Under the pieces are notes generated by a model. That model ran no database searches. It worked only from the letters and a program-made list of their open reading frames with translations, and was not told the DNA's origin. A stretch of DNA of 61,597 nucleotides, counting the filler, from Globobulimina sp. (lineage: Eukaryota): assembly GCA_003354225.1 (NCBI GenBank). It is 11 parts of 11 records of this genome, joined end to end, with 100 filler letters (N's around TTAATTAATTAA, not from the genome) between each part and the next. Parts side by side here need not be neighbours in the genome. Positions count along the whole stretch, not along the records: positions 11,235 to 16,748 come from PIVH01000531.1; positions 16,849 to 22,361 come from PIVH01000532.1; 9 more parts are not named here. The stretch is one strand, 5' to 3'. Below are positions 11,237-22,461 of this stretch, one piece after another. A program made the translations under genes and the position numbers. The first letter of the stretch is position 1. Every line of letters begins with the position of its first letter.

Positions 11237-14005
11237 TGCAACAGCTCTTGCAAAAATGCGATATCAGACCCCAGCGGCTACCAAACTCGTTCAGTTTCGT
11301 GCACTTTTCAAGATGGCGCCATGCAAAGCGATGAAAGTAAATGTGATCCGAATGGGAATAATCCCAAACCGCAATCTGGCCGAACCTGTAACAATTATAT
11401 CTGTGATTTCTGTAAAATCCAACCCGCCACCGGTTATACAGTGTGCGGTATTCATGGAACTTGCGAATCTGAGCTGAAAACTTGTGATTGTGACAGCGGA
11501 TTTGCTGGAGACCGTTGTGATGAACCGCCGGGATTGAATTTTACTGGTATTGTGTCTCAGGCGTTTAAAAATGTCAGCAGTGGGAGGACTATCGCATTGC
11601 GAGCCAATCCGTGCTATCTATCCGACCCAAATAACTCTGTCAGTGCCAATTTTGATGTCACTTCCAACACAGAAACAGTGCCCGTGGATGGCGTGACGTC
11701 CTTATCGACATTGTATGTAGGCGCGACTGTAGGAGTACGCTGGAGAAGTGCGGGTGATATTGAATTATTGGCGGTGGGTCTGATTGAAGTGGATGCCGAA
11801 GGAGAGCCTGTGGACAACGCTTGGCCTTTTTATGTAGGCTCCTCCTTAGCGAACGATGATAATACCTGCGATGACCTAAACAGTACTAATTATGATGGTT
11901 GTTTGCAGAAATTGGAATGCAATGATTTTGGCTTTGCTATCCCTGTCAGTACGACGCCAGGCACTTATAAAGTAAGTATTAGATTTAACAATGAATTTTC
12001 CATTACGTCTCCCACTGTGACGGTGATTTGCAATGAGAATAATTGTAACAGTGTCGGGCATGGTACGTGCAATGCAGATAATAGTGGCTGTTCCTGTGAG
12101 CATGGTTGGAGTGGCTACTCTTGCGAGTATTCCTTGTGCAATGTATGGTCGTTTGCTATGTGCGCCAGAGATGATGAAGGTAACTGCGGTTCTTTGGGCG
12201 CTACGGATATTAAACCCAAATGTTTTAGTTCGAGCTGCAATCCGGTGGCCAGCAATGAGACTGTAAGTGATTCCAATCAATGTGGTTATAATTGCAGTGA
12301 TGTTCATTTTGAAGGGGATTATTGCGAGATACCCACCGATCACTGTGCGACTTTAACAGTCAACAAGTGTCCTGAAGCGGCACTTTGTGAATGGGACAGT
12401 GTTGCAGCTACGTGTTTGTATAAAGAATGTTCACAGTTTGGGACGGAAGAGTTATGTACTATTAACTCCACCTATTACTCGTCCAATGATAGCTGGGCCA
12501 TGTTTTGTGAATGGATTGATGATGGCAGCAATACCTATTGCAATCGGGTCACGTGTGGTGATGGCACATTGCCGGAGTGTTCCAATGGGGCCGTTCGACG
12601 CGCACTATTTGACCAATACACTGATGAACCAGTGAGTATCTGTCATGCTTGGTTTTGTGACTGTACATACGTGGACGAGTCTGACTCTTCGCATTGGAAA
12701 GTGTCCACCGGCTCTACCTTGATCCAATCCATTGATAGTTCGTATAATTATAACGATCCGCCCAATGGCGATGCATTGACTGCAAGCTATATAGATGCGG
12801 ACGGCTTGGATTTATTCACTTGCAATGAGTGTTCATTAGATTGCCAGAATGGTGCGACCGTAGACAGTGCGTGCACGCACTGCGCGGACGGCTGTCCAGA
12901 GGAAGTATCGCCATTTCGAACGGGTAGAGAATGCGATCAGGTCTTTTGGGTTGGTGAGTTTCGGCTGAATGTTGCATGGAACCTGGCTCGCATCGAGAAA
13001 CCCGCCGAATTCGATGGCTTAATTATCCAGGATTTGGCGTATTTTTTAGATACGGATACGGCGCATATCTCGATATGGCAAGTGAAGCCGGATACTGATG
13101 GCAGTATTGTCTATTTTCGATATTTATTCGATACCGATGACGAAGATTCGGCGCAGATTGTTGGCGGAGATGTGATGGCTTTGGCAACCAAAGAGATAAA
13201 AGATTCCACCTCCACTGCCTCTCGTGGCTTTATGATGCAATATACCGATCCGAGTGTAGCTTATTCGTTTTGTATACCGACAAAGGAAGAATGCGACCCC
13301 AGCAAACAAATTGACATCACACTCATATTTTATATCTGTGCTGCGGGCTCGTTTGGTTTCATTGTTTTATCTGTCATTCTTTATCGTTGCATCACGCGAG
13401 GTAAACGACAGAGAGCGTACGAGGAGAAAGTGCGGGAAGTGCGACAGGCGCAGCTAAGATTGATGGAACATCATAGTAAGGCACGGCGGGTGGGAATGAG
13501 AGATGTGTCCAAGAACAGAGCACATAAAATCCATAAAGCTCATAAGAAGAAAGATAAAGCACAAAAAAAAGAGATTCACGCACGTGCAAAAGAAGAGAAA
13601 AAGTTGAATAAAATCAAGGAAAAAGAAGTTGGCAGTTATGAGGTGGATGGGAAGCTTGCGGCGTCGGCCCATGGACAGCAAGACAGTCAGTTGGAGTTGG
13701 AACAATATCGGAGATATAGCAAGCAGCAGTATGCGTCCTCTGCGCGGGGACAAGAGGCGTATAAACCAAATAAAGCTGCCTATGCGGCATCGGCTTATGG
13801 CCAGGAAGCGTATAAGCCGCCATTGCAAATACAGAGACCACAACAAGCACAAAGTGTGCATTCAAGATCTCATGGAAATAGTGCCGCTGCAGATAATTTA
13901 CCACATGGATGGAAGATATATTACAATAATGATGGGGTTCCGTATTATTTTAATGCAACTTCTGGTGAAACTACATGGAGACATCCGAGTAAACCACCAA
14001 AATAA
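11237..14005 (+). CDS. Type I membrane protein: TSP1 repeat, EGF-like/Cys-rich repeats, SEA-like juxtamembrane domain, TM, cytoplasmic WW domain; 5'-truncated
   Basis: Frame is open from 11237 (CNSSC..GYQTRSVSC..C..KP..RTC = TSP1). EGF-like HGTC..CxC..G(F/W)xG..C, TM at ~13316-13384, WW domain LPHGW..YYFN..TTWRHP. Confidence 0.85.
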   Translation, partial: CNSSCKNAISDPSGYQTRSVSCTFQDGAMQSDESKCDPNGNNPKPQSGRTCNNYICDFCKIQPATGYTVCGIHGTCESELKTCDCDSGFAGDRCDEPPGLNFTGIVSQAFKNVSSGRTIALRANPCYLSDPNNSVSANFDVTSNTETVPVDGVTSLSTLYVGATVGVRWRSAGDIELLAVGLIEVDAEGEPVDNAWPFYVGSSLANDDNTCDDLNSTNYDGCLQKLECNDFGFAIPVSTTPGTYKVSIRFNNEFSITSPTVTVICNENNCNSVGHGTCNADNSGCSCEHGWSGYSCEYSLCNVWSFAMCARDDEGNCGSLGATDIKPKCFSSSCNPVASNETVSDSNQCGYNCSDVHFEGDYCEIPTDHCATLTVNKCPEAALCEWDSVAATCLYKECSQFGTEELCTINSTYYSSNDSWAMFCEWIDDGSNTYCNRVTCGDGTLPECSNGAVRRALFDQYTDEPVSICHAWFCDCTYVDESDSSHWKVSTGSTLIQSIDSSYNYNDPPNGDALTASYIDADGLDLFTCNECSLDCQNGATVDSACTHCADGCPEEVSPFRTGRECDQVFWVGEFRLNVAWNLARIEKPAEFDGLIIQDLAYFLDTDTAHISIWQVKPDTDGSIVYFRYLFDTDDEDSAQIVGGDVMALATKEIKDSTSTASRGFMMQYTDPSVAYSFCIPTKEECDPSKQIDITLIFYICAAGSFGFIVLSVILYRCITRGKRQRAYEEKVREVRQAQLRLMEHHSKARRVGMRDVSKNRAHKIHKAHKKKDKAQKKEIHARAKEEKKLNKIKEKEVGSYEVDGKLAASAHGQQDSQLELEQYRRYSKQQYASSARGQEAYKPNKAAYAASAYGQEAYKPPLQIQRPQQAQSVHSRSHGNSAAADNLPHGWKIYYNNDGVPYYFNATSGETTWRHPSKPPK

Positions 14006-14246
14006 ATTCAAGCTTTTTTTTTTATTTTTTGTTGTTGTTTTTTTGTTTCTTGAAAATAAATGTCTTTTTGTTATTCTTTCCTCTGAAGCAAAAAATAATT
14101 ATGTTATGTTATTTTATTTTCCAAAAATTTTTATCATCGTTAGCTGGTGTGATTATTTTTGTCAATTTTGCACTGAATATTGTGAGGATAAGATGAGATT
14201 ATTCAACAAAGATTAACGTGTTGTTAAAAACATTTCAACATTGTTT

Positions 14247-14984
14247 TTATAAAACAGTACAACAGCAACACCCAGATACGTTTTGCGAGGCAGATTTAGC
14301 AGTCGAAGCAGTAGAATCCCTACTCATTGTCTCCATAGATATTAATTTATCCAATTCTTTCTTTTTAATCACAGCATTTTGAGCTGCATATTTAAAGATT
14401 TGCTCAAGATTAAACCCAGTTTTTGCTGATGTTTCCATATATTGAATATCAGCATTATTTGCGATTTTTTTTGCTTCATCAAATTGAACAACTCGATTGT
14501 CCTCTAAGTCTATTTTATTTCCAATCAATATTTTACCGAATAAATTTTGATGATTAGCACATTGCTCAATCTCCATGAAATGTTTTGTGACATTTTTAAA
14601 ACTTTTAATATCTGTTACATCAAAAACAACAAAAAAAATATGCGATCCTTTGTAATACGATGATGTAATGGACCTAAATCTTTCCTGACCGGTTGTGTCC
14701 CAGATCTGTAATTTGATTGCAATATTATCAACAAACATAGTTTTTATTTTGAAATCAACGCCAATGGTTTGGACATATGCATCATTTGATGTATTATCTA
14801 CAAATCTTTCCAATATGCTGCTCTTACCAACACCTGCATCACCAACAAGTATTAGTTTGAATAAATAATCAAATGTTTTATCCTTTCCATGTTGTGTTGA
14901 AGACAATGGTGGCATCAGAATCGTTTCATTGGATGTACAATTGTACTCATTAGTCAATAAAGGTGCTTCTAAACCGTTTGACAT
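14247..14984 (-). CDS. Rab GTPase, Rab1/Ypt1-like, with N-terminal extension
   Basis: GDAGVGKS, IGVDFKIKT, WDTTGQERF, NKID, ETSAK, C-terminal CCCCTVL. First ATG at 14984. Confidence 0.92.
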   Translation of the reverse strand: MSNGLEAPLLTNEYNCTSNETILMPPLSSTQHGKDKTFDYLFKLILVGDAGVGKSSILERFVDNTSNDAYVQTIGVDFKIKTMFVDNIAIKLQIWDTTGQERFRSITSSYYKGSHIFFVVFDVTDIKSFKNVTKHFMEIEQCANHQNLFGKILIGNKIDLEDNRVVQFDEAKKIANNADIQYMETSAKTGFNLEQIFKYAAQNAVIKKKELDKLISMETMSRDSTASTAKSASQNVSGCCCCTVL

Positions 14985-15021
14985 TGTAAAAATAATATAT
15001 AAGCTTAAATATTCCAAAAGA

Positions 15022-15060
15022 TCTTCAAAACTTTAAGAAATCTTCAAAACTTTAAGAAAT
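15022..15060. repeat. Tandem duplication of TCTTCAAAACTTTAAGAAAT
   Basis: Two adjacent copies just upstream of the Rab start. Confidence 0.7.
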
Positions 15061-15246
15061 ATATTGCAATTGCGAGATATCATGGAATCGCATATGTATT
15101 AGGAAATATTCCAAAATTACCATTTCTAATATAGTAGTATCGGATTCTACTACGTAACATTCAGATTCAAAACATTCAAAACTTAAAAATATGAGGATAT
15201 ACATTAATAACACACATAAACCAAAATAACAAATAAATAACAAAGT

Positions 15247-16748
15247 TCAAGGGGGAACGTTAGGTTTGTACACAATTTGCAGTGGTTGCATTTCTGTTGA
15301 TTTAGCAATTTCATTATCTTCAACTTCATTCTCGTTTTGTAGCAATTTCACTTTTATATTTGTAGCATGTTCGACTTCATTATCTTCAATTTCAATATGT
15401 TCTGCTAATTTAGAATAATTGTCTGATGATGTCGACTGCATCATATTCCTAATGGCCGTTGGTAGTGCCAGTGTGTCGGGCAGTGCATCGGGCACTGCCT
15501 CTGACAGTCTCTTTGAACTTCTACGTTGCTCCTCTTCCTCTAATATACTCCGAACATCCGCTCTTATTTTTTCTTTTAACTTTTGCTTTGCAGATTTTTT
15601 ATATTTCTCTTCTTTTCCTCTCATCACGGCAATAATCCGTGGACATATTGTCAGCCATAAAGTTAAATCAATGATTAACAACAATGTAATTGTTAAAAAA
15701 GTAAAGAAAAAAGTTGGTGAAATTGGTGCCAATACAAATACAGTCACAGTGATACATATTGAAATAAATGTAAATATAATGGTAAATAATTGAACTCCAG
15801 TTTCGTCAAAACGCGCTAATAAATATTGTAAACTCGAACCACTTATTTTTGCAACATTGAGTGCCACACTAAAACCAAATGAATGTTGAAATAATTTCCA
15901 AATAATTATGACAACAATGAAAAAGTGTGTATTTTTGTTGACAGCGCAGGATGTATATACATTTTGATTGTACTGCAAAGCATCAATTTTATCCATATCG
16001 GTTTTTATATAAATTCGTTGTAATGGCTCAGTACCAAAAAATATGGCTAACAATATAATATCCAGCAATAAACATAATAAAATCCAAACAAATAATCGAA
16101 TGGTTGACATATTTTTCTTTTCTAACATTTGATTAAAAATATGACTCAAACGATATAACTTAACAAACATTGGCATGAATATCATTGTGTAGCCTATACA
16201 AAGCAGACACAATCTAACGTTGCATAAAACAGTTAATATTCCAGTGTTTTTGGTGACTGCCTCGTCGACAACAAATAAAATTACTAAACAAAACCCAATC
16301 ATACCTCCGAAACACCTAAATATATTCAAATAAACTGATGCCGCTTTAATTATGCCATTATTTCGATAATAAAATAGTAATACAATCAATAAAACAGTTA
16401 TTATGATAGAAATAAGTGTAGCTATGCTAATAAGTATATATCCGACTTGTGTAGGTTGTAACATTACAACTTTTTCATAGATAATAATCTCTGAGTGGGG
16501 AATTATTCCTTTCTCTCTAAAATCCGGTGGCCAAACTATAGCATCTTCATCTATGTTATATTTATATTCTCCATCTTTTGTTTGATAAAAGTAACCAAAA
16601 TACGAAATGGATGAATTTGATGACGTATCGGTATTACCAAACGCGTATAATCCATTGACCCGATCGCCGTTTTGGTCGAATAATATCTGTCCAGTAGCAC
16701 CTGTAAAATTTATATCTAACACAATTCGATTGAGCCGTTCAAGAAACA
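15247..16748 (-). CDS. Class C (GABA-B-like, 7tm_3) GPCR, 5'-truncated
   Basis: End of a Venus-flytrap domain (FTGATGQILFDQNGDR), then IIKAAS..LN, CNVR, KLYRL..IF, seven hydrophobic segments and PRI. Confidence 0.85.
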
Positions 16749-16848
16749 NNNNNNNNNNNNNNNNNNNNNNNNNNNNNNNNNNNNNNNNNNNNTTAATTAA
16801 TTAANNNNNNNNNNNNNNNNNNNNNNNNNNNNNNNNNNNNNNNNNNNN
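16749..16848. other. Artificial contig linker
   Basis: N44-TTAATTAATTAA-N44. Confidence 0.99.
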
Positions 16849-17763
16849 TATTTTATTTATTTTTTGTGGAAATTTGTCAAAATCATATCTACTCCATATG
16901 GTCGATTAGAGAATATTTAAATAAGATAGGACAACTAATAAGTAATTTTATTGTTGTACATGTAGAACGTTTTTGTAACTTTTTTAAAAAAACAATCCGC
17001 TAATCCGATAATCATAAGCGCAGATTTTCGACCTAAAAACTTCTTTTATATTTGAGTGTAACAATAAACTTTTTTCACCATCATTTCCTCGGTTTGTTCT
17101 CCTCGCCAAAATATGATCAACAAAACAGATGTATACTACGTGATACGATAGTTTTCAGAAATAATGTCTATTATCCTGACTGTGCACAAAAACAGGTTTG
17201 TCTACCGTTAGAATGGGTAAAATTACATATATTAAATTCAATATGATATGAATTAAGCAGTCTGACCAATTAAAACGGTGTCATCAACAGAAACAAGTAC
17301 ATGCTCTAATTTTGTGATGGTAAATAAAATAATTGGTAATCCGATATGATATGTTATTCTTTTTTTTGTTATTGTGGTGTATCTGTAATTTCTGGAGATT
17401 TTTCCTGACATATATCATAATCAAATAACTTAAATTTACCATTTTCCGAAGAATTTTACGGAAAGTTTAATCAAAAAAAATTCTATATCACCATTACAAG
17501 ATTACAGTCTATGCTTGTTTCTATTGCAAAGCAATCCTTTTTGTGCACAGTGGACATTTACTTTAGTGTACATTTAATTTATTGTTCGGATTTTACGGAT
17601 AACATAACTAACTGACGAAATATTGAAATTAATATTTAATATTTATTTAAGCAATTTCCAATTAAAAACTAACAAATTGCCAATTAATTAAAGACAAACT
17701 AACAAATTGCCACATATTACAATTACAAAAGCCAGCTCCAGTTTGATCTATAGATAGCTCTCA

Positions 17764-18897
17764 ATGTTAATGGCATCTCCATACAGCGCTATGAACGCCA
17801 AATCTGGCGAATTAGTGTCCAAATTCCGAAAAATGCTGCCAGCCAACAAAGTGGTTGCAGAGTACGTATGGATCGGTGGATCAGGCACCGACTTACGAAA
17901 CAAGACGCGTTTAATCGAAGGTTGTAATTCCATCTCATCATTAGAAGAAATTCCAGCGTGGTCCTTCGACGGTTCCTCCACCGGCCAGGCCCCAGGCAAT
18001 GACAGCGAAGTGATGCTCAAACCAATCAAATATGTGCCCTGTCCGTTCCGTGGCGATAACCATATCATAACTTTATGCGAAACCTTTGACAGTGATTGGA
18101 ACCCAATTCCAACCAATCGGAGGGCCTTCGCACGCAGTATATTTGAGGCTGAGTCCGTGCGAGCAGCAGAGCCAATGTTTGGATTAGAACAAGAATACAC
18201 TTTATTCACTGCGGACGGTTCTCGTCCCTTAGGTTTCCCAGTTATGGGTTCTCCACTGCCCCAAGGACAATATTACTGTGCCACCGGTGTTGAGAATGCG
18301 TTTGGTCGCCATTTATCCGAATCGCATTTATTTGCGTGCTTATATTCTGGATTAAGTGTTTCTGGCACCAATGCGGAAGTGATGCCGGGTCAATGGGAGT
18401 ATCAGATCGGCCCTGTTGTGGGCATCGACGCAGCCGACCAACTGTGGATTGCTAGGTACATTATGGAGCGGATCGGCGAAGAGATTGAGTGCAAAGTGAG
18501 CTTAGATCCGAAGCCAATGAGAAGTGGCGACTGGAATGGTGCGGGAGCGCACGCGAATTTTAGTACGGTGGAGATGCGGAAAGAAGGTGGCGAAGGTTTG
18601 CAAGCCATATTTGATGCGATTAAAAAGTTAGGACCAAAGCATATGGAACATATGGCACTGTATGGCTCCGGGAACGAGTTTAGAATGACTGGGTTGCACG
18701 AGACTGCCAAATATGACGAGTTTAGCTCAGGTGTGGCAAACAGAGGCTGCTCCATTCGGGTCACGAGACTGACGGAACAAAATGGTGGCGGATTTTTCGA
18801 GGATCGGAGGCCAAGCGCCAATATGGATCCATATAATGTTTGTGCAATGTTATGCAAAACCACAATCTTAGAAAAACAACAAGCAAAAACACTGTGA
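17764..18897 (+). CDS. GLUL: Glutamine synthetase type II
   Basis: EYVWIGG, WSFDGSSTGQA, GLEQEY, NAEVMPGQWEYQ, DWNGAGAH, NRGCSIRV, EDRRP. Confidence 0.97.
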   Translation: MLMASPYSAMNAKSGELVSKFRKMLPANKVVAEYVWIGGSGTDLRNKTRLIEGCNSISSLEEIPAWSFDGSSTGQAPGNDSEVMLKPIKYVPCPFRGDNHIITLCETFDSDWNPIPTNRRAFARSIFEAESVRAAEPMFGLEQEYTLFTADGSRPLGFPVMGSPLPQGQYYCATGVENAFGRHLSESHLFACLYSGLSVSGTNAEVMPGQWEYQIGPVVGIDAADQLWIARYIMERIGEEIECKVSLDPKPMRSGDWNGAGAHANFSTVEMRKEGGEGLQAIFDAIKKLGPKHMEHMALYGSGNEFRMTGLHETAKYDEFSSGVANRGCSIRVTRLTEQNGGGFFEDRRPSANMDPYNVCAMLCKTTILEKQQAKTL

Positions 18898-19215
18898 TGA
18901 AAGAAAAAACATATCTTTGTGCTTTTAATTTAAAGAAAAAAGAAAATTTAACTGTTTTAACAATGAATGAATGACAGGGTTAATAACCAGCCAATCAATA
19001 AGTCATTATCACCATCCTGCCATCAGCAGTCCAAGATGCTAAAGATTTTTGTTTTGGGTTTTTTGCCGAGTTGACTTGAGTACTAGTAACGTATGATGCG
19101 GTCGAGTGTACCCAAACTCTCGCTTTCTGATTCAAAAGGTCCATCATAACTCATTCATGTTTTTTTTTGCAATGAAAATTAACCATTTTAATACATAGAA
19201 GCTAATGAAGATTTT

Positions 19216-21159
19216 ATGTGTCCAGATTTTCATCTTTTCAGCACAGAATCAAATAAACAACCACCGAAACCAAACTTGTTTACGTACTGTCAAATTCGAA
19301 TTCTACCCGATCTCGTTGACCGACAATCGGCGGTAAAAAATGATGAACACAAATATGAACCAGAATTTATTGAAACAAATACATCCTCATCACCCTCGAT
19401 CGCGACGTCGACCATTCAAGTGAAGAATGATAAAAATAAAAACAACTTTACGCTCAAACCACCAACAAATATGAGACCGAATTCGAACGCAACAGAAACT
19501 GTTGATTTTGAAAAAATAAAAAATAATGGTTCCCCCTACAAATGTCCGTTATGTGTAACATTCTCGCAATCATTTGAGACATGGCCCGAATGGATAGAAC
19601 ATTGGAATTCATTCCATTTTTTAGAATGCTTTCATTTTCATTTAAATAATGCCAAAAAAGAAGAAAATATAAAAATTAAAACTGAATTTGCAGACAATAT
19701 TTTATTTCATGACACCTACTTTGGATTAATTATGGAATTTTTCACTCCAAAGCAATATGTTGAATCACTATCATTGGTGACCAGATTTCATCATTTCTTC
19801 CCGCAAAGAGACGAGAATCAACAGATTATGTTTCGAATGATAAATTATCATTTTTTTGATGTTCAATCTTGTTCAATTGTGCCCATCCAAGATATTTATC
19901 AATGTATTAAAACATTACATCACTTCCCTTTCAATGTCAACTTATCGCAAATTGTACCATTTACAAAGCATATTGACCCAACAAAAACAGATTATTGTTT
20001 CAATTCATTTAAACTTTATCCGGATACAACTATTAAAACTATTTTGTGGCAGTATGATTTACTCAAAATCTATTCTTCGCTGCAAATTGTTGTAAACTCG
20101 AGCGAAATACCATGGACTCTCTCAACTAAAATATTTGATATTGTTTGCCGGTATGACGCGGATCATATTGTCATCAAATTGTGTCCAAAACGATCCACAT
20201 TCGCGCAGCAGCTCGAATTAATACAATGGTTTGTCCCGGAAATCAAAAAGAATATTGTCAGACCTGCAGAAAAAATACAATTTGTCAAACAAATGGTAAA
20301 TTGTATGAAACAGTTAAGAATTAGTACCTGTTCATCGCTTACAGCATTGAAAAAAATTGCCAATGATATCACTCAATGCATTCATCGTATAAATAATATT
20401 AATCCCAAATTTAAATCAGAGCAAAAAACACAGGAACTGAACGAGTTCCATTTAATTTCAGCAAAAATATGCGGCATTGATAAAATTATTCAAACTAAAA
20501 TCAGCGAATACGAAAATAAATATGTTGTTTTAAATCAACACATTGTGACTTCAAAGAAAAAGGCGCAAACTGCGTTGTTGTTGGGTGAAATTGTTGAGCA
20601 TGAAATGAAAATCAGCAGAATGGATTTGGACGTGTTTGAAATGGATCAGGGATGGCTGGAGGAGAAGAAAAGTATTATTTCAGAGTTGGAGAAAGCAGTC
20701 AAACAGCAACGCGACGAATTATTGAAACGTTTTGAGGAGTGGACATTAGAAAATATTGTTGAATATGTTGAATATTTATACGATGATAAAATAAGATTTA
20801 GTGCTGAGACTATGAAAAGATTTGAATTATTAAAGTTGGATGGTTCGAAAATAATTGATATTAATGATTCTCTTTTGATATTAGCAGATATAAATAATGA
20901 GGAAACAAGGAAATTATTAATGAAAGCAATGGATGGGTTATTGGATGATTATGCAGCTCATAAATACAGTAAAACTCAAATCTGTTGTATTTGTACAATA
21001 AATGAGGTGAATACAGTATGTTTCCCATGCGGACATTGTTGTTATTGTTCCGAATGTAGGAAAAAATGTATGCGGCATTATTCTACATCAAAATGTCCAA
21101 TTTGTAGAACAAAAATAATAAAAATAGTTACAATTTATAGATCTGGAATGTATAAATAA
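19216..21159 (+). CDS. Putative RING E3 ligase: C2H2 finger, F-box-like segment, coiled coil, SAM-like domain, C-terminal C3HC4 RING
   Basis: CPLC..F..W..HW...H; WTLENIVEYV...LDGS (SAM-like); CCIC..PCGH..CSEC..CPICR. Confidence 0.8.
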   Translation: MCPDFHLFSTESNKQPPKPNLFTYCQIRILPDLVDRQSAVKNDEHKYEPEFIETNTSSSPSIATSTIQVKNDKNKNNFTLKPPTNMRPNSNATETVDFEKIKNNGSPYKCPLCVTFSQSFETWPEWIEHWNSFHFLECFHFHLNNAKKEENIKIKTEFADNILFHDTYFGLIMEFFTPKQYVESLSLVTRFHHFFPQRDENQQIMFRMINYHFFDVQSCSIVPIQDIYQCIKTLHHFPFNVNLSQIVPFTKHIDPTKTDYCFNSFKLYPDTTIKTILWQYDLLKIYSSLQIVVNSSEIPWTLSTKIFDIVCRYDADHIVIKLCPKRSTFAQQLELIQWFVPEIKKNIVRPAEKIQFVKQMVNCMKQLRISTCSSLTALKKIANDITQCIHRINNINPKFKSEQKTQELNEFHLISAKICGIDKIIQTKISEYENKYVVLNQHIVTSKKKAQTALLLGEIVEHEMKISRMDLDVFEMDQGWLEEKKSIISELEKAVKQQRDELLKRFEEWTLENIVEYVEYLYDDKIRFSAETMKRFELLKLDGSKIIDINDSLLILADINNEETRKLLMKAMDGLLDDYAAHKYSKTQICCICTINEVNTVCFPCGHCCYCSECRKKCMRHYSTSKCPICRTKIIKIVTIYRSGMYK

Positions 21160-21354
21160 AGATTTATATTTGTTAATCCATTGTTGTGAGTGTTTGTTTG
21201 TTTGTTTCGAGTGCTAAAATGGATCATTCTCCTTCGATATTCAAATAAAATGTGGAACCAAAATGCAGCAATTGAGTTTGTTGTTTTTTAAACAAAACAT
21301 CTTTAACTTTCTTTCTTTTTGGGTACATTTCTGAGTTCAGCAAGCACCGATCAC

Positions 21355-22000
21355 ATGGAAGACTTCGTAGGAACATCCATCCAATACTCAGAACAACAAA
21401 TTAAATTATTAGAGAAACAACATGCATTTGAAATGGTTTGTTCTGTTTTGTTTTCTTTGTTTTTGTGTGAAATTGTTTAAAATACACTTGTATTTATTTT
21501 AGGAAACGAGAGTGTCACAATTGATTGAATCAGGATTTTTAGACTCAGACTATGAAGGTTCATCCGGCGAATTTAGTGATTACGAATCTGACACTGATGA
21601 TACTGATGATATTGATGCCAAAAATGATACAAATATTAATAGTATTTTATTATCAAATAATTCTGTATCTGACAATTCTGTTGAATCAATAGAAAATGTC
21701 ATGAAAATGAATGATGATAATATAAAAGATGGAGAAGGAGAAGATGACCAATTTGCCTTTGCTGTGTTTGGAAATTTTGATAATAAAATACATGAAATGA
21801 ATAAATTAAATTTAAATTATCAACAAATTCGTGATTTTGAAGATGATGATATCGAAAACATAGAAAATTTTGGTGTCACAAACGCGGAAATGTTTAATCT
21901 GACGGAAAGTTTAATAATATTAATGATGATAATATTAAATATTAATAACAATAGTAATTTGCAACAAATAATAATTGACATTGTCATAATATCAAAATAA
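21355..22000 (+). CDS. Acidic low-complexity hypothetical protein (intron 21436-21502); possibly degenerate
   Basis: Exon MEDFVGTS..HAFEM splices in phase 0 (gtttgt..ttttag) to ETRVSQLIES..., a D/E/N-rich frame. Confidence 0.4.
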
Positions 22001-22361
22001 TTTTGTCATTTTTTTGTTTTAATTTTGCCATTTTTTATATTTCAGAAAGTAAAAAAAACTATTTAATGATTGCTGTGTTCATTATTTGAGCCGTCGTTTA
22101 AATCATTTAATATGTGTATTATTTATATTGAAAACTTGCAGCTTTCGTTGATGATTCAACACTGTTATACTGATACATATATTAATTAAACACTAAAAAA
22201 GTACTGTAAATCATCACCATCTTTCGTGTGTGCGAGGATAATATATACAGTTTCAACTTTAATTTCAAACGTATTCCTGTTTCAAATAATTTATGTTCTA
22301 AAGTACGCAAACGCTATCTATGGAGATGTGTATCCTGTGTCTTGACTTCAAAGAAGAACTC

Positions 22362-22461
22362 NNNNNNNNNNNNNNNNNNNNNNNNNNNNNNNNNNNNNNN
22401 NNNNNTTAATTAATTAANNNNNNNNNNNNNNNNNNNNNNNNNNNNNNNNNNNNNNNNNNNN
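22362..22461. other. Artificial contig linker
   Basis: N44-TTAATTAATTAA-N44. Confidence 0.99.

Noticed and set aside
13629-14216. 195-aa overlapping ORF at the receptor 3' end
   Set aside because: Alternative frame running into a T-rich 3' UTR, with no motifs.
17748-18863. Two 153-aa ORFs antisense to glutamine synthetase
   Set aside because: Shadow ORFs of a GC-richer, conserved gene.
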